The notes: generated by a model not told the origin, from the sequence alone. DNA of 64,000 bases from Longimicrobiales bacterium (GCA_965219445.1 CBDCNQ010000004.1:704001-768000), one strand, 5' to 3'; numbered from the stretch's first letter, positions 1 to 9,979 are shown. Made by a program: numbers and translations.

Positions 1-111
1 CCCGTGTTCCCGGACGAAGAGATCCGCAGGTTCGTCTGGGACTCGGACATCAACGGGAGGTCACGAGGCCAACGTGGAAACCATCGAGTGCAGGCGTTGT
101 GGACCCGATAA
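1..111 (+). CDS. C-terminal end of an unidentified upstream gene (partial)
   Basis: Frame 1 is open from the window edge (PVFPDEEIRRFVWDSDING...) to TAA at 109-111; no family recognisable. Confidence 0.3.
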   Translation, partial: PVFPDEEIRRFVWDSDINGRSRGQRGNHRVQALWTR

Positions 112-352
112 ACCGAAGCTGGCCAAGCCCCCGTTTCGGACGGAATTGGGCAACAGCGTCCAGGAGCAGATCTGCTCCCAATGCTGGGCGGACTGGCTAC
201 AGCATCAGACGCTTCTGATCAACCACTACGGGCTCGACCCGCGTGACGCTAAGGCCCGGGAGTTTCTGTACGGTCAGATCGAAACCGTATTACTGGCAGG
301 CGGGGAGGGGAAGCAAGTCGATACCTCGCAGCAGGGTGAGATCGAGTGGTAG
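74..352 (+). CDS. yggX: Fe(II) trafficking / oxidative damage protection protein (YggX family)
   Basis: C-x2-C, PPFxxELG, ICxxCWxxWLxxQTLLINHYGL motifs. Confidence 0.88.
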   Translation: METIECRRCGPDKPKLAKPPFRTELGNSVQEQICSQCWADWLQHQTLLINHYGLDPRDAKAREFLYGQIETVLLAGGEGKQVDTSQQGEIEW

Positions 353-372
353 ATTCTAGGGCCGTTGCCGGT

Positions 373-1995
373 TTAGGCTCCGGGCAGCACGAGGTTCCGG
401 CACGCGTCGTCCCAACCCAAACGCACCAGCATGCCTCCGGCCCACGACGCCTGAAGCTGGACAGCACCGGGGCAGCGCGCGTCCAGCTCGTCCAGCGCCT
501 CCTGGTGAACTAACCCGGCGTTCTCCAACACGACATACTCGATTCCAGAAGCGGACCAGACCGCGAATTGCTCCGAGGGAATACCCCAGATGGGGCCGTC
601 CCCAGCAAGGCGAAAACGGGCACTGGGTGCGACGCGGCGGCCTGTGTGAAGAGCCAGTCCCGCCCACAGCTCCGGGGCTCCCACGACGCCGGTCTGTGGG
701 ACGCGCTCCTCGACAGCCGACACGGCCCGGGCAAGCATGAGTTCCCTCACTCGGAGGGGCTCCACATGACGCCCACCTCCGAGGGCAAACACACTCGCTG
801 AACCCAACGCGAGAATCCAAGCCAGACCCATGACCCCAACCAGGACCGTGCGGGGACTCGGTCGCGCGCCATCGGTGAGGATCCCACGAGTCAGCCTCTC
901 CGCCTCCGGTCCAAACCCGGCCACCATGACCATCCCCAGGACGGGGATGAGCGGCATCACCAGACGGACCTCCTGATAGGGCCACAACCAGAGCATCACC
1001 GTAAGGAGAGCGGCCGTGAGAATCGGTGTCCACGTCCGGGCGGAGAGCCGGCGTACCCCGACGACGAGCACTGCGCAGGCAACGCCCCCCACCACAATGG
1101 CGTCCCAGCCCTGTGCGCCTAGAAAGAAAACTCCAACGATCCGACCACCCAGCGCGAGCCCTTGCCCAACCATGGCGTCGAAGAATCCGCTTTCCCCACC
1201 GGCCTGGCTGGCGAGCCAGCCGGCATAGGGACCGAGTGTGTCGCGTAGGGGAGCGGGAATCGCGGCCGCCGCCCGGCCTGACCAGATCATCCATGGCGCA
1301 ATGATCAACAGGGCCCCGCCGGCGCTCCGGACCGCCCACACGGCGCTGCCCCGTAGCAGTAGGGCCAACGGCACGGCGATGCCTACGGCTAACCCCATGG
1401 TTCGGGTGTGGTACGCGAACGTGAATACAGCCAAGAATTCCCCGAATCGGCGCCACGTCGGCTCGGCCTCCAGGCGAGAGCCCGTCCAGAGCGCCGCAAC
1501 CAGGGCGACCAGGAAGAGCGGCTCGGACAGAGGCACCAGGGCCAGTCGCCACAGATCGGGAAGCAACCAGAGCAGAACTGCGGTTGCCATCGAACTCCGC
1601 CATGAGAAGTTCAGCGAACGCAGATAGGCCGCGAACAGCCCCCCGCTCGACGCCACGAACAGGAGATTGAAAATAGACGCGAGTGTCCCCTGCCCCGCCG
1701 CCTCGGGCGCGACCCTCCACAATAGGGCGAGGAAGACGGGATATAGCGGGGGGAACTTTGCTCCGGGCGGGGACCCGGCGACCTGGGAGTACCGGAGGCC
1801 TTCGCCATCTGCGAGAGATTTGCCGAGCAGTAGATATGCACCGTCATCGTGCCACACGCCGGGCGGCACAGCGGCCCAGGCCAAGAGGCCGACAACTGCC
1901 AGGCCCACCGTCACGATCAGGGGTACGACGAAGCCGGGTATCCGCCCTGTAGCCGGAAAGATCCCAGGCTCCTCCAGAGCGGTAGGGTGGCTCAT
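373..1995 (-). CDS. Polytopic membrane protein, GT-C fold (PMT/ArnT-like) glycosyltransferase candidate
   Basis: First TM followed by HDDGAYLLLGKSL, KFPPLYP, LSEPLF, HTRTMG; many TM segments; paralog of 13767-15458. Confidence 0.65.
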   Translation of the reverse strand: MSHPTALEEPGIFPATGRIPGFVVPLIVTVGLAVVGLLAWAAVPPGVWHDDGAYLLLGKSLADGEGLRYSQVAGSPPGAKFPPLYPVFLALLWRVAPEAAGQGTLASIFNLLFVASSGGLFAAYLRSLNFSWRSSMATAVLLWLLPDLWRLALVPLSEPLFLVALVAALWTGSRLEAEPTWRRFGEFLAVFTFAYHTRTMGLAVGIAVPLALLLRGSAVWAVRSAGGALLIIAPWMIWSGRAAAAIPAPLRDTLGPYAGWLASQAGGESGFFDAMVGQGLALGGRIVGVFFLGAQGWDAIVVGGVACAVLVVGVRRLSARTWTPILTAALLTVMLWLWPYQEVRLVMPLIPVLGMVMVAGFGPEAERLTRGILTDGARPSPRTVLVGVMGLAWILALGSASVFALGGGRHVEPLRVRELMLARAVSAVEERVPQTGVVGAPELWAGLALHTGRRVAPSARFRLAGDGPIWGIPSEQFAVWSASGIEYVVLENAGLVHQEALDELDARCPGAVQLQASWAGGMLVRLGWDDACRNLVLPGA

Positions 1996-2008
1996 CGCAA
2001 TGCCGGAA

Positions 2009-3226
2009 TCAGCCCCGTAAGACTACCTCGATGTCGACGAGCGCATCCTCGAGTGTCGTCTGATCGATCGTAAGAGGAGGCGCGAACCGAATGACCTGGT
2101 GGTGCGTCTCCTTCGCAAGAATCCCCTTGGCCTGAAGGGCCTCGCAGAAGGGCCTTGCGGTACCGGACGACTCCTTGATCACGACACCGATCATGAGACC
2201 GCGCCCACGAACTTCAACTACGTGAGGGGAGCCGATCTCGCGGAGTCGATCGGTAAACCACGTGCCGAGCTCATCGGAGCGCTCCGAAAGTTTCTCATCG
2301 AGGATGACACGTAGAGAAGCACGACCGATGGCCGCCCCCAGTGGATTTCCTCCGAACGTCGAGCCGTGGTCACCCGGCTGGAAAACGTCCATGATTTCGG
2401 CGTCGGCGATGGCCGCCGAGACCGGGTAAACTCCACCGCCCAACGCCTTGCCCACGATGAGCACGTCGGGCCGGACACCCTCCCAATCACAGCAGAAGAG
2501 GCGCCCGGTCCTTCCGAGCCCCGTCTGGATCTCGTCCCCCATGAACGCGATGCGCCGCTCCCGGCAAATCTCGGCAGTCCGACGCAGGTATCCATCCTCC
2601 GGCACGACCACGCCGCCTTCGCCCTGGAGAGGCTCGACCAGGAATCCGACCGTGTTCTCGGTGACGGCCGCCTCGAAGGCATCAGCATCACCGTAGGGGA
2701 CCAGCACGAAGCCGGGGGTGAACGGGCCAAAACCCTCGCGGTACTGGTCCTCGGATGAGAAGCCGACGATGGTCGTCGTCCGCCCGTGGAAGTTGTTTTC
2801 ACAGACGATGATCTCGGCTTTCCCCTCGGGAACGCCCTTCACCTGGTAACCCCATTTCCGGACCGCCTTGATTGCGGTCTCGACGGCTTCCGCGCCTGTG
2901 TTCATGGGAAGGGCCTTCTCGTACCCCGTGGCTTCACAAAGCTCGCGCACAAACGGCCCCATCTGGTCGTTGTGGAACGCCCGTGACGTCAGTGTCAGCT
3001 TCGACATCTGCTCCTCGGCCGCCGCCATGATCACCGGGTGACGGTGTCCCTGATTCAGGGCCGAATAGGCAGAAAGCATGTCGAGATACCGGTTCCCGTC
3101 CACGTCCCAAACCCACGCGCCTTCCCCGCGCTCCAACACGACCGGAAGAGGCTTGTAGTTGTAGGCACTGAACTGCTCGGCCTCTGTGAGATAGGAATCG
3201 GTCGTCGATGCGCTGGCCTGGGTCAT
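2009..3226 (-). CDS. rocD: Ornithine--oxo-acid aminotransferase
   Basis: SAYSALNQGHRHP, LTLTSRAF, MNTGAEAVETA, FHGRT, DEIQTGLGRTG, GKALGGG, HGSTFGGNPL. Confidence 0.93.
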   Translation of the reverse strand: MTQASASTTDSYLTEAEQFSAYNYKPLPVVLERGEGAWVWDVDGNRYLDMLSAYSALNQGHRHPVIMAAAEEQMSKLTLTSRAFHNDQMGPFVRELCEATGYEKALPMNTGAEAVETAIKAVRKWGYQVKGVPEGKAEIIVCENNFHGRTTTIVGFSSEDQYREGFGPFTPGFVLVPYGDADAFEAAVTENTVGFLVEPLQGEGGVVVPEDGYLRRTAEICRERRIAFMGDEIQTGLGRTGRLFCCDWEGVRPDVLIVGKALGGGVYPVSAAIADAEIMDVFQPGDHGSTFGGNPLGAAIGRASLRVILDEKLSERSDELGTWFTDRLREIGSPHVVEVRGRGLMIGVVIKESSGTARPFCEALQAKGILAKETHHQVIRFAPPLTIDQTTLEDALVDIEVVLRG

Positions 3227-3379
3227 GGCACTACTCGTGTGATAACGTGGTTGCTGCAGAGAGGGTGTGAAGAACGGCTCGCCCGATCATGGTCGCCGCG
3301 TCCGAAGATTTCAAGAGCCGGGGACATCCGTCGATCACGGGACGCACTGAGCGGTCGACGAAGTCCGGCCCGATGTCGC

Positions 3380-4321
3380 TCACCGGTTCCGGTACACGAC
3401 CTCAGCCACCACCTCTCCGACCATGCGGAGCGTCTGGGCGCTCGTGTTTTCCGGAACATCCCGAGGTGTGTGCCAGAAGCCGTTCCCCGGACCGTACTCG
3501 AAATCGATAATGTCGGCCACGGGAATACCTGCTTCGTTGAGTTGGACGTGATCGTCGACCACCCTCACGGTCCGGTCCATAGGAAAAAAACGGCGGTATC
3601 CGAGGTCGGCCGCAATACCCCAAATTCGCTGAACAACCTGACCGGCATCTTCCATGGAGTAGGCCTCTACGGGAAAGCTGGGATCCGCATCCGCCACCAT
3701 ATCGAGGAGGATGCCAAAAGCCGGAGGGTTCTCGCTTCCGATTCCAGCGACGTATTGCCGGGCGCCCAGAAACATGTCCTCCGTGGACGGCCCATAGTCC
3801 TCACCGTCGCTGAAGAGGAGCTCGACGCCCCGGGCTGGGGGCTGGTTGTTGAACATCCGGGCCAACTCCATGAGAACCGCCGTGCCCGAAGCGCCGTCGT
3901 TGGCACCGGGGACCGGCCGGTCCCGGTCGGCCTCCTGAGTACTCTGGTCTGACCTCGGCCGCGTGTCCCAGTGGGTAAGGAGGAGCATCCGGGAGCCGTC
4001 CGCGGGCCCGAACCGGGCGATCACGTTGGTCAGATCGAGTTCGTGGCCCTCCCCCGTCACGTGCTTGAAGGGGTCGAGAAACACCGTATCGGCGAGAGCT
4101 CGCAGTTCAGTCTCCAACCACTCCAGCTGCTGGGCATGCCCCGCCGACCCGGGTATGCGGGGCCCGAATGCGACCTGTCGCTCGAGATCCTGGAAGGCAC
4201 GATCCGCGTCGAATAGCGGCCGCTCGACTCGGACCGTGACGGTACTCTCTCCGGAATCACCCCCACCACACGCGGCGACCGCAAGCGGTATCGCGCCCAC
4301 CAGCATCGCCCATCGCTTCAT
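3380..4321 (-). CDS. M28 family peptidase / glutaminyl cyclase-like lipoprotein
   Basis: Start reassigned to ATG 4321; lipobox AVAAC; HWDTRP, GANDGASG, DGEDYG, LDMV, DDH, WHT motifs. Confidence 0.85.
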   Translation of the reverse strand: MKRWAMLVGAIPLAVAACGGGDSGESTVTVRVERPLFDADRAFQDLERQVAFGPRIPGSAGHAQQLEWLETELRALADTVFLDPFKHVTGEGHELDLTNVIARFGPADGSRMLLLTHWDTRPRSDQSTQEADRDRPVPGANDGASGTAVLMELARMFNNQPPARGVELLFSDGEDYGPSTEDMFLGARQYVAGIGSENPPAFGILLDMVADADPSFPVEAYSMEDAGQVVQRIWGIAADLGYRRFFPMDRTVRVVDDHVQLNEAGIPVADIIDFEYGPGNGFWHTPRDVPENTSAQTLRMVGEVVAEVVYRNR

Positions 4322-4331
4322 CACATCGCAC

Positions 4332-4766
4332 TCACACTTCCGGGGGACTTTCCATCTCCGCCGCCACCTGGGCGGCATGTTCTTTCATTCTTAGGGTCAT
4401 CGAGTAAAAGCCGTTCCTTCGGTTGACCGACAGATGCTGCTCCAGCTCCAACCGCTCGAAGAGCCCTTCCACATCGGTCGAAAGGATCTCTTCCGGCGTC
4501 TTGCCATTGTAGATCATCAAAAGCACAGCGATCAGGCCCTTGACGATATGTGCGTCGCTGTCGGCCCGATATACAACTTCGGACCGGTCCGAGCCCTCGA
4601 CGGTCACGAGCCAGACCTGGCTCAGACATCCTGGAACAAGGTGCTGTTGATCCCGGAATTCCTCCGGGTACGGCTCCAGCTTCCGCCCAAGCTGGATGAG
4701 GTATCGATAGCGGTCCTCCGAGGAGCGCAACCTGTTGAAGCGCTCGGCAAATTCGTCGGGGGTCAC
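4332..4766 (-). CDS. sufE: SufE family Fe-S cluster assembly sulfur acceptor
   Basis: RYRYLIQLG, VPGCLSQVW, ADSDAHIVKGL, HLSxxRRNG. Confidence 0.92.
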   Translation of the reverse strand: MTPDEFAERFNRLRSSEDRYRYLIQLGRKLEPYPEEFRDQQHLVPGCLSQVWLVTVEGSDRSEVVYRADSDAHIVKGLIAVLLMIYNGKTPEEILSTDVEGLFERLELEQHLSVNRRNGFYSMTLRMKEHAAQVAAEMESPPEV

Positions 4767-4812
4767 GGGTGGCCTCTGTCCTGGACAGGCTCTTGAAGGT
4801 GGCGGTGTCGGG

Positions 4813-6257
4813 TTAACCAGCGGCCGAACGGCTGGATCCGGTGCTCAATGAGATCGCTTTGAGGGCGCTCAGGAGTTCCTCCGCGACGAATGGCTTCTGA
4901 AGGAACGGAATATCATACCGCTGACAGAGAAGTGCTTCCTCTTCATCCAAGGCCGTGCCACTCATGACGACTGCCCGTGAGTCTGGGTATTTCTTGAGGA
5001 GGCTCACCGCGAGATCTACGCCGTCACCGTCCGGCAAGATCTGGTCGATCACCAGCATGTCGGGCACCTCCTCCTCCACCTGGCGCAGGGCGTCCTCGAC
5101 CGTCGAGCCAACTAGAACCCGATGCCCCTCATCGCTCAGAACCCGGTCCAGCCAACCGAGCACGGCATCATTGTCGTCGATCGCGAGCACGGTCGCCGGC
5201 GGAGCGGCTGGAAGAGGCGCCCCACCCACGGCGAGCAGAGTCAGATGAGCTCCGTCTTCGTGGAGGTCGACTCTGACCCGCGCCCCAGGTGTGACCTCGC
5301 CGTTTGCAACCATGGCAGCCAGTGGCTGCGTCAAGTGAAGGTGGATGATCCGCCTCAGCTCCCTCGCTCCGTACTCCATGCTGGTCCCTTTTTCGAGCAT
5401 GAAGAACCGAGCCGCTGGAGCCACCTCGATGTCGAACGATCGGCTACCGAGTCGGCTCTGAACATGCCGCTGTAGCTCGACCACGTGTTGCTCGAGGATT
5501 GCCACCAGAGACTCGTTTCCCAACGGACGATAGGTGATGACGGCGTCGATCCGGTTGACGAATTCGGGGAGAAGTGACGCCGGACCGCCCTCAGCCCTAC
5601 GCGCTCCAGGTGGGCAGAGAGCTCGGCCCCGGGGCGCCTCGCCGGCGTCTCGAAGCCCAGCCCCGGCTGGAGCTCGGACACCATGTCCCTCGCACCAAGG
5701 TTGCTCGTAAGGAAAATCAGAGATCTTTCGAAGTTCACCTCGCCACCGTCTCCGAGCCGTAGCGAGGCCTTGTCGAGCACGCCGAGCAGAAGCTGAGACA
5801 AGGATGGGGCAGCCTTTTCGATTTCGTCGAAAAGAACGAGCGAGAGATCGCACCCGGCGCTCGTCGTGTCGTCGAGCACGAGTTGGTTCAGGCGCGGCTC
5901 CGTCTGGGCGTGCCCCACATACCCAGGGGGAGCTCCAATGAGCTTCGCCACTTCATGCTCGCTCTGGAACTCACCACAGTCGATCTTGACGATCCTACGG
6001 GCATCGCCGTGGAGGACCTCGGCAAGCGCCTCGACGGTCCGGGTCTTCCCCGTCCCGGTCGGTCCGAGCAGAAGGAATACGCCTACCGGGCGGCCCTCCG
6101 GGGCGAGCCCCGACCGGTGAAGTTGGATGCTCGGTACGATGTGCTCCAATGCGTGGGCCTGCCCCACCACCCGGCTGGAGAGGAGTCCGATCAATTCGTC
6201 GGTGCGGTTGATCGGCGCCCGCTCCCGATCCTTTTCCGCTCCCAAAGGCTCACTCAC
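4813..6257 (-). CDS. ClpA/B/C second-AAA-domain-only ATPase fused to a C-terminal response regulator receiver domain; split by 1-bp frameshift at ~5566-5569
   Basis: ORF 5355-6257 has GPTGTGKT, GAPPGYVG, FDEIEKA, TSNLG, LGF and ends RHFSP; ORF 4813-5853 resumes PEFVNRID...GARELRR then REC (IDD, D-QILPDGDG, MSG, KPF); AAGGAG RBS before GTG 6257. Confidence 0.82.
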
Positions 6258-6449
6258 TTCAAATCTCCTTCGTCGAACCCTTTCCGCAGCCTGTGGCGCC
6301 CGGAATCTCAGTGGAGATGAGACCGACTCGCGAGGATTTCAACGCCCCTGGCCGAGCGTCACCGGACTCGTGTGGCGTCCCAGAAGTTCTCGGACACCAC
6401 ACTAAAATATCGGCAGGCCCCTGTTCCTACGTAAACCCCGAAGGTGGGG

Positions 6450-6490
6450 AAAAGAAACGGGCCCGCACCGCCTCGGGCGACGCGAACCCG
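6450..6490 (-). terminator. Rho-independent terminator downstream of nrdJ
   Basis: Minus strand CGGGTTCGCGTCGCC-CGA-GGCGGTGCGGGCCCG followed by TTTCTTTT. Confidence 0.8.
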
Positions 6491-6526
6491 GTCCACGGGG
6501 CTAGAAGGGTGATCGGAAAGGGGGGC

Positions 6527-6558
6527 GGGCCGCGTTGCGGATGCCACGGCTCCAGATC
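6527..6558. repeat. 32-bp extragenic repeat, copy 1 (REP-like)
   Basis: gggccgcgttgcggatgccacggctccagatc; near-identical to 44387-44418; abuts the nrdJ stop. Confidence 0.75.
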
Positions 6559-9082
6559 ATCCACATTGGCTGTATCCACAGATGTGGCACTTCACGCAAC
6601 CCTCCTCGAACGAGAGTTGGCCAGCTCCGCATTCCGGGCAACTGCCGAAGAAATTGGTCTGGGCCCCACCACCCACAGAGAGCTGCGCCTGTGTCCCACC
6701 CGCCTGAACGGAAGCACCGAGCGGAAGCGTCTCCTGCACGCCTTCTTTCTCGGCCATGTACCGTTCGATGGCCTGGCCGATCGCGTCGGGTAGAGAGAGC
6801 ACCTTGTTCGGACCCACTCCGACGGCGCGATCCGAGGAGATTCCCCGGAGTTGGTCTCTCACGGCAGACACGGGGATGCCGGAACGGAGCGCCATGGATA
6901 TGAGCCGCCCCACCGCCTCGGCATCCGCTGTCGCGGCGCCGCCCGCCTTCCCTAACGTACAGAAAACCTCGAAAGGGCGGCCGTTCTCGTCTTCGTTGAT
7001 GGTGACGTAGCAGTCGCCGAGCGGGGAAATCATTTTGAACGTACGGCCCCGCAGCATGGAGGGGCGTTGACGCTTGTGGCGAGCCGCGGCAGCGGTCAGA
7101 TCCGCTTCGTCTCTTTCGCCGTTGACTCGATCCAGCTCCATCTGGAGCACATGGAGAGCCTGCCGGGTGTCCGCGAGCATCTCCTCGAGAGCCACGACGT
7201 CACCCCCCGCCTCACCGGCGTACTCGGCTGATTTTCCAGTCTTTCCGGTCGACAGCACCTGTCCGGATCTCGACCCGTCGCGGTACACCGTCACGCCCTT
7301 GCAGTCGAGTTCATACGCCAGCTGATAGATCTCCCGGACGTCGTCCTCGGTGGCCTGTGTCGGGAAGTTGGTGGTCTTCGAAATGGCGGAATCGGTGTGC
7401 TCCTGGAACGCCGCCTGCATGCGAACGTGCCACTCCGGGGAGATGTCGTGTGCGGTCTTGAAGACGGCCCGCACATCTTCCGGAACCTCCGGGAAGTGAA
7501 TGTGACCCTCCTCCGCGATGCGGGCCATGAGCTCCTCGGAGTACCAATCCTCTGCCCGAGCACGAGCCACGAAGGCAGGGTTCACGTCAGGCATCTTCGC
7601 ACCCGCCTGATTACGCATGAACGCGACGGCGAAAATCGGCTCGATCCCTCCGGAGCACCCCGCGAAGATGGAAATGGTACCCGTTGGAGCCACGGTCGTC
7701 AGGTTGCAGTTTCGTAGCCCGCGCATGGGGCGAATACGATGCCCGGCAGAGTGCCGGGCGCAAAGATCGTCCGGTCCCCAAACGGATTCCTCCCACGCCG
7801 GGAAGGTCCCTCGCGTCTCTGCGAGGTTCTCCGACGCGTTGCGAGCCTCCTCGTTAAGGAAGCCCATCACCTTGCGGCCCATCTCGACCCCCTCGGCGCT
7901 GTCGTAGGGGATCCCAAGCCCGATGAGCATGTCCGCCCATCCCATGACTCCGAGTCCGATCCGACGGATGGTCTGAGCCAGGTCGGTGATTTCCTGCAGA
8001 GGATACTGGTTGGCGTCGATGACGTTGTCCAAGAAGTGCGTGGATAGATGAACCGTCCGGCGGAGCGCGCCCCAATCCACGCCCTCGGCCGGATCGCCAC
8101 CGGGCGCGTGATCCGCCTTCACAAACTCGGCGAGATTGACGCTTCCCAAGTTGCACACATCATACGGCAGAAGTGGTTGCTCGCCGCACGGGTTTGTCGC
8201 CTCGTAGGAGCCGAGCTTGGGGACCGGGTTGAAGGCGTTGGCCCGATCGATGAAAAACGTCCCCGGCTCACCAGTCCTCCATGCTCCGTGGACGATCTTG
8301 TCGAAGATCTCACGGGCATCTTCTTGCCCCACCACTTCCTCGGTTCTGGGGTTCACGAGATCGTAGTTCTCTCCCGCTTCGACCGCCTCCATGAACGCAT
8401 CGCTCAGAGCCACCGAGATGTTGAAATTCGTGATACGGGACGTGTCGTCTTTGCAGGCGATGAATGAACGGATGTCGGGATGATCCACTCTGAGGATCCC
8501 CATGTTCGCCCCTCGCCGAGTCCCACCCTGCTTCACCACTTCCGTGCTGGCGTCATACAATGTCATGAAGGAGACCGGTCCGGACGCGACACCCATCGTC
8601 GATTTGACCTGAGCACCGGTCGGCCGAAGCCGTGAAAAGGAGAACCCCGTTCCACCGCCCGACTGGTGAACGAGCGCCATCGCCTTCAGCGTATCGTAAA
8701 TGCCGCTCTTTCCATTGGAGAGAGCGTCATCGACAGGCAGCACGAAGCAGGCTGAAAGCTGTCCCAGGGGCCGGCCGGCGTTCATCAGCGTGGGCGAATT
8801 CGGCTCGAACTTTCCCGTCGTCATCAGATCGTAGAACTGGCGGGCCAGCTCCCCCACAGCCGCCTCCGATGCTCCGTACTCCATGTCCACGTTCGCCATG
8901 ACCTTGGCCACCCGCCAGAACATGACCTCCGGCTCCTCAACGGGTGTCCCTTCTGCGTCCTTTTTCAGATACCGCTTGGCCAGAACGATCCGGGCATTTT
9001 CGGATAGAGTCGCCTCTGGAATGTCCTCGGGTAGGGGCTCGTCGAAGGTGGGACGCTCAGAGGGTGGGGCCGCCCGCTTCAT
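6557..9082 (-). CDS. nrdJ: Adenosylcobalamin-dependent (class II) ribonucleotide reductase with C-terminal TSCPD/Zn-ribbon
   Basis: PNSPTLMNAG, QLSACFV, GGGTG, RRGANM, TNPCGEQPL, CNLGS, APTGTIS, SKT, CKGVTVYRDGSR, terminal CPEC...CHICGYSQC. Confidence 0.95.
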   Translation of the reverse strand: MKRAAPPSERPTFDEPLPEDIPEATLSENARIVLAKRYLKKDAEGTPVEEPEVMFWRVAKVMANVDMEYGASEAAVGELARQFYDLMTTGKFEPNSPTLMNAGRPLGQLSACFVLPVDDALSNGKSGIYDTLKAMALVHQSGGGTGFSFSRLRPTGAQVKSTMGVASGPVSFMTLYDASTEVVKQGGTRRGANMGILRVDHPDIRSFIACKDDTSRITNFNISVALSDAFMEAVEAGENYDLVNPRTEEVVGQEDAREIFDKIVHGAWRTGEPGTFFIDRANAFNPVPKLGSYEATNPCGEQPLLPYDVCNLGSVNLAEFVKADHAPGGDPAEGVDWGALRRTVHLSTHFLDNVIDANQYPLQEITDLAQTIRRIGLGVMGWADMLIGLGIPYDSAEGVEMGRKVMGFLNEEARNASENLAETRGTFPAWEESVWGPDDLCARHSAGHRIRPMRGLRNCNLTTVAPTGTISIFAGCSGGIEPIFAVAFMRNQAGAKMPDVNPAFVARARAEDWYSEELMARIAEEGHIHFPEVPEDVRAVFKTAHDISPEWHVRMQAAFQEHTDSAISKTTNFPTQATEDDVREIYQLAYELDCKGVTVYRDGSRSGQVLSTGKTGKSAEYAGEAGGDVVALEEMLADTRQALHVLQMELDRVNGERDEADLTAAAARHKRQRPSMLRGRTFKMISPLGDCYVTINEDENGRPFEVFCTLGKAGGAATADAEAVGRLISMALRSGIPVSAVRDQLRGISSDRAVGVGPNKVLSLPDAIGQAIERYMAEKEGVQETLPLGASVQAGGTQAQLSVGGGAQTNFFGSCPECGAGQLSFEEGCVKCHICGYSQCG

Positions 9083-9168
9083 ACCTGACTACTCCGCGCA
9101 AGAGTGTGGAAAGGCAGTGGAATCTCTGCCTCGGATATGTTGACAACCGACGAAAACCCGCCTCGCCA

Positions 9169-9247
9169 CGGACATCTCTTGTGGGAAAGGACCTCGAGAC
9201 CCACGAAATATTGCGGCCATTCAACGTACGCCCCCCACATCTTGTGG
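9169..9247. promoter_or_regulatory. Tandem NrdR boxes upstream of nrdJ (9201-9216, 9232-9247; weaker 9169-9184)
   Basis: ccaCgAaATaTtGcgg and cccCcAcATcTtGtgg match acaCwAtATaTwGtgt; starts spaced 32 and 31 bp. Confidence 0.75.
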
Positions 9248-9432
9248 TCAAGGGTGTCGATTCCAAGACGGGGGTTGCCGGCACCAAGGCCGGAAATTCC
9301 GCAAGGACCATGAGCCAGAAGGGTGCTCTTCCACAAGAATCTGCTGTACAACCGGCGTTCCCAGAGGTACGATTCGAATGGAGTCCGACGCTCAGGACTC
9401 GGGGGGTTGGCACGCTGTGTGGGAGGTGACGC

Positions 9433-9972
9433 TTGAAAAGGAAAATCCGCCGCGGCCTAGAGATCGCCATGCCCCTCTTGGGCATGGGGATCATCTTCGG
9501 CTCCGTCCTCTTCGGGCCGAACAGCCTTCAGTTACAGGTGTTCTTGGTGCTGATCGGGATCCTGATTCTCGAGGCCGGAGTCTGGGGCCTCACGAACGGG
9601 CTCCTACCAAACGAGCGGCGTTATTTGGCGTTGCGTGCAGAGGGGGACCACTTCCTCGGGCTGATTCGTATTCTCAACCAGGCCGCCGTCGGGCGAGATA
9701 ACGGCGAGGAAAGTGACGAACGGTTTCGCAACACTCGGGCCCAGATGCACACCTCTGTGGAGCGGATGGGCGAACTCGCCGGCAAAGACGCCTTCGCGGA
9801 GAAGAAAGATTTCACGGAGGCGGAAGTGGTGGTGATCGAGGCGGCCGAAGCGACCTTGGCGGAAGTAAGGACGAGGGTGGAGGAAACGACTTCCGTGGAC
9901 GAAACGGCTTCCGTGGAGACACCTGCCGAACCGGCTGGCCGTGAGCTCGACCCCGCGAGGCCGAACGCATAG
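9433..9972 (+). CDS. Hypothetical membrane protein (2 N-terminal TM, acidic tail)
   Basis: GGAGG RBS before TTG; two hydrophobic helices. Confidence 0.65.
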   Translation: MKRKIRRGLEIAMPLLGMGIIFGSVLFGPNSLQLQVFLVLIGILILEAGVWGLTNGLLPNERRYLALRAEGDHFLGLIRILNQAAVGRDNGEESDERFRNTRAQMHTSVERMGELAGKDAFAEKKDFTEAEVVVIEAAEATLAEVRTRVEETTSVDETASVETPAEPAGRELDPARPNA

Positions 9973-9979
9973 AGTTTCG

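Noticed and set aside
356..1720. Long alternative-frame ORFs (e.g. 356-1720, 20962-22617, 17789-18862, 43864-44826)
   Set aside because: Arg/Gly/Pro/Ser-rich shadows overlapping well-supported genes; expected in high-GC DNA
9083..9432. Cobalamin riboswitch upstream of B12-dependent nrdJ
   Set aside because: No convincing B12-box core recognised; NrdR boxes explain the region; an Rfam scan would settle it
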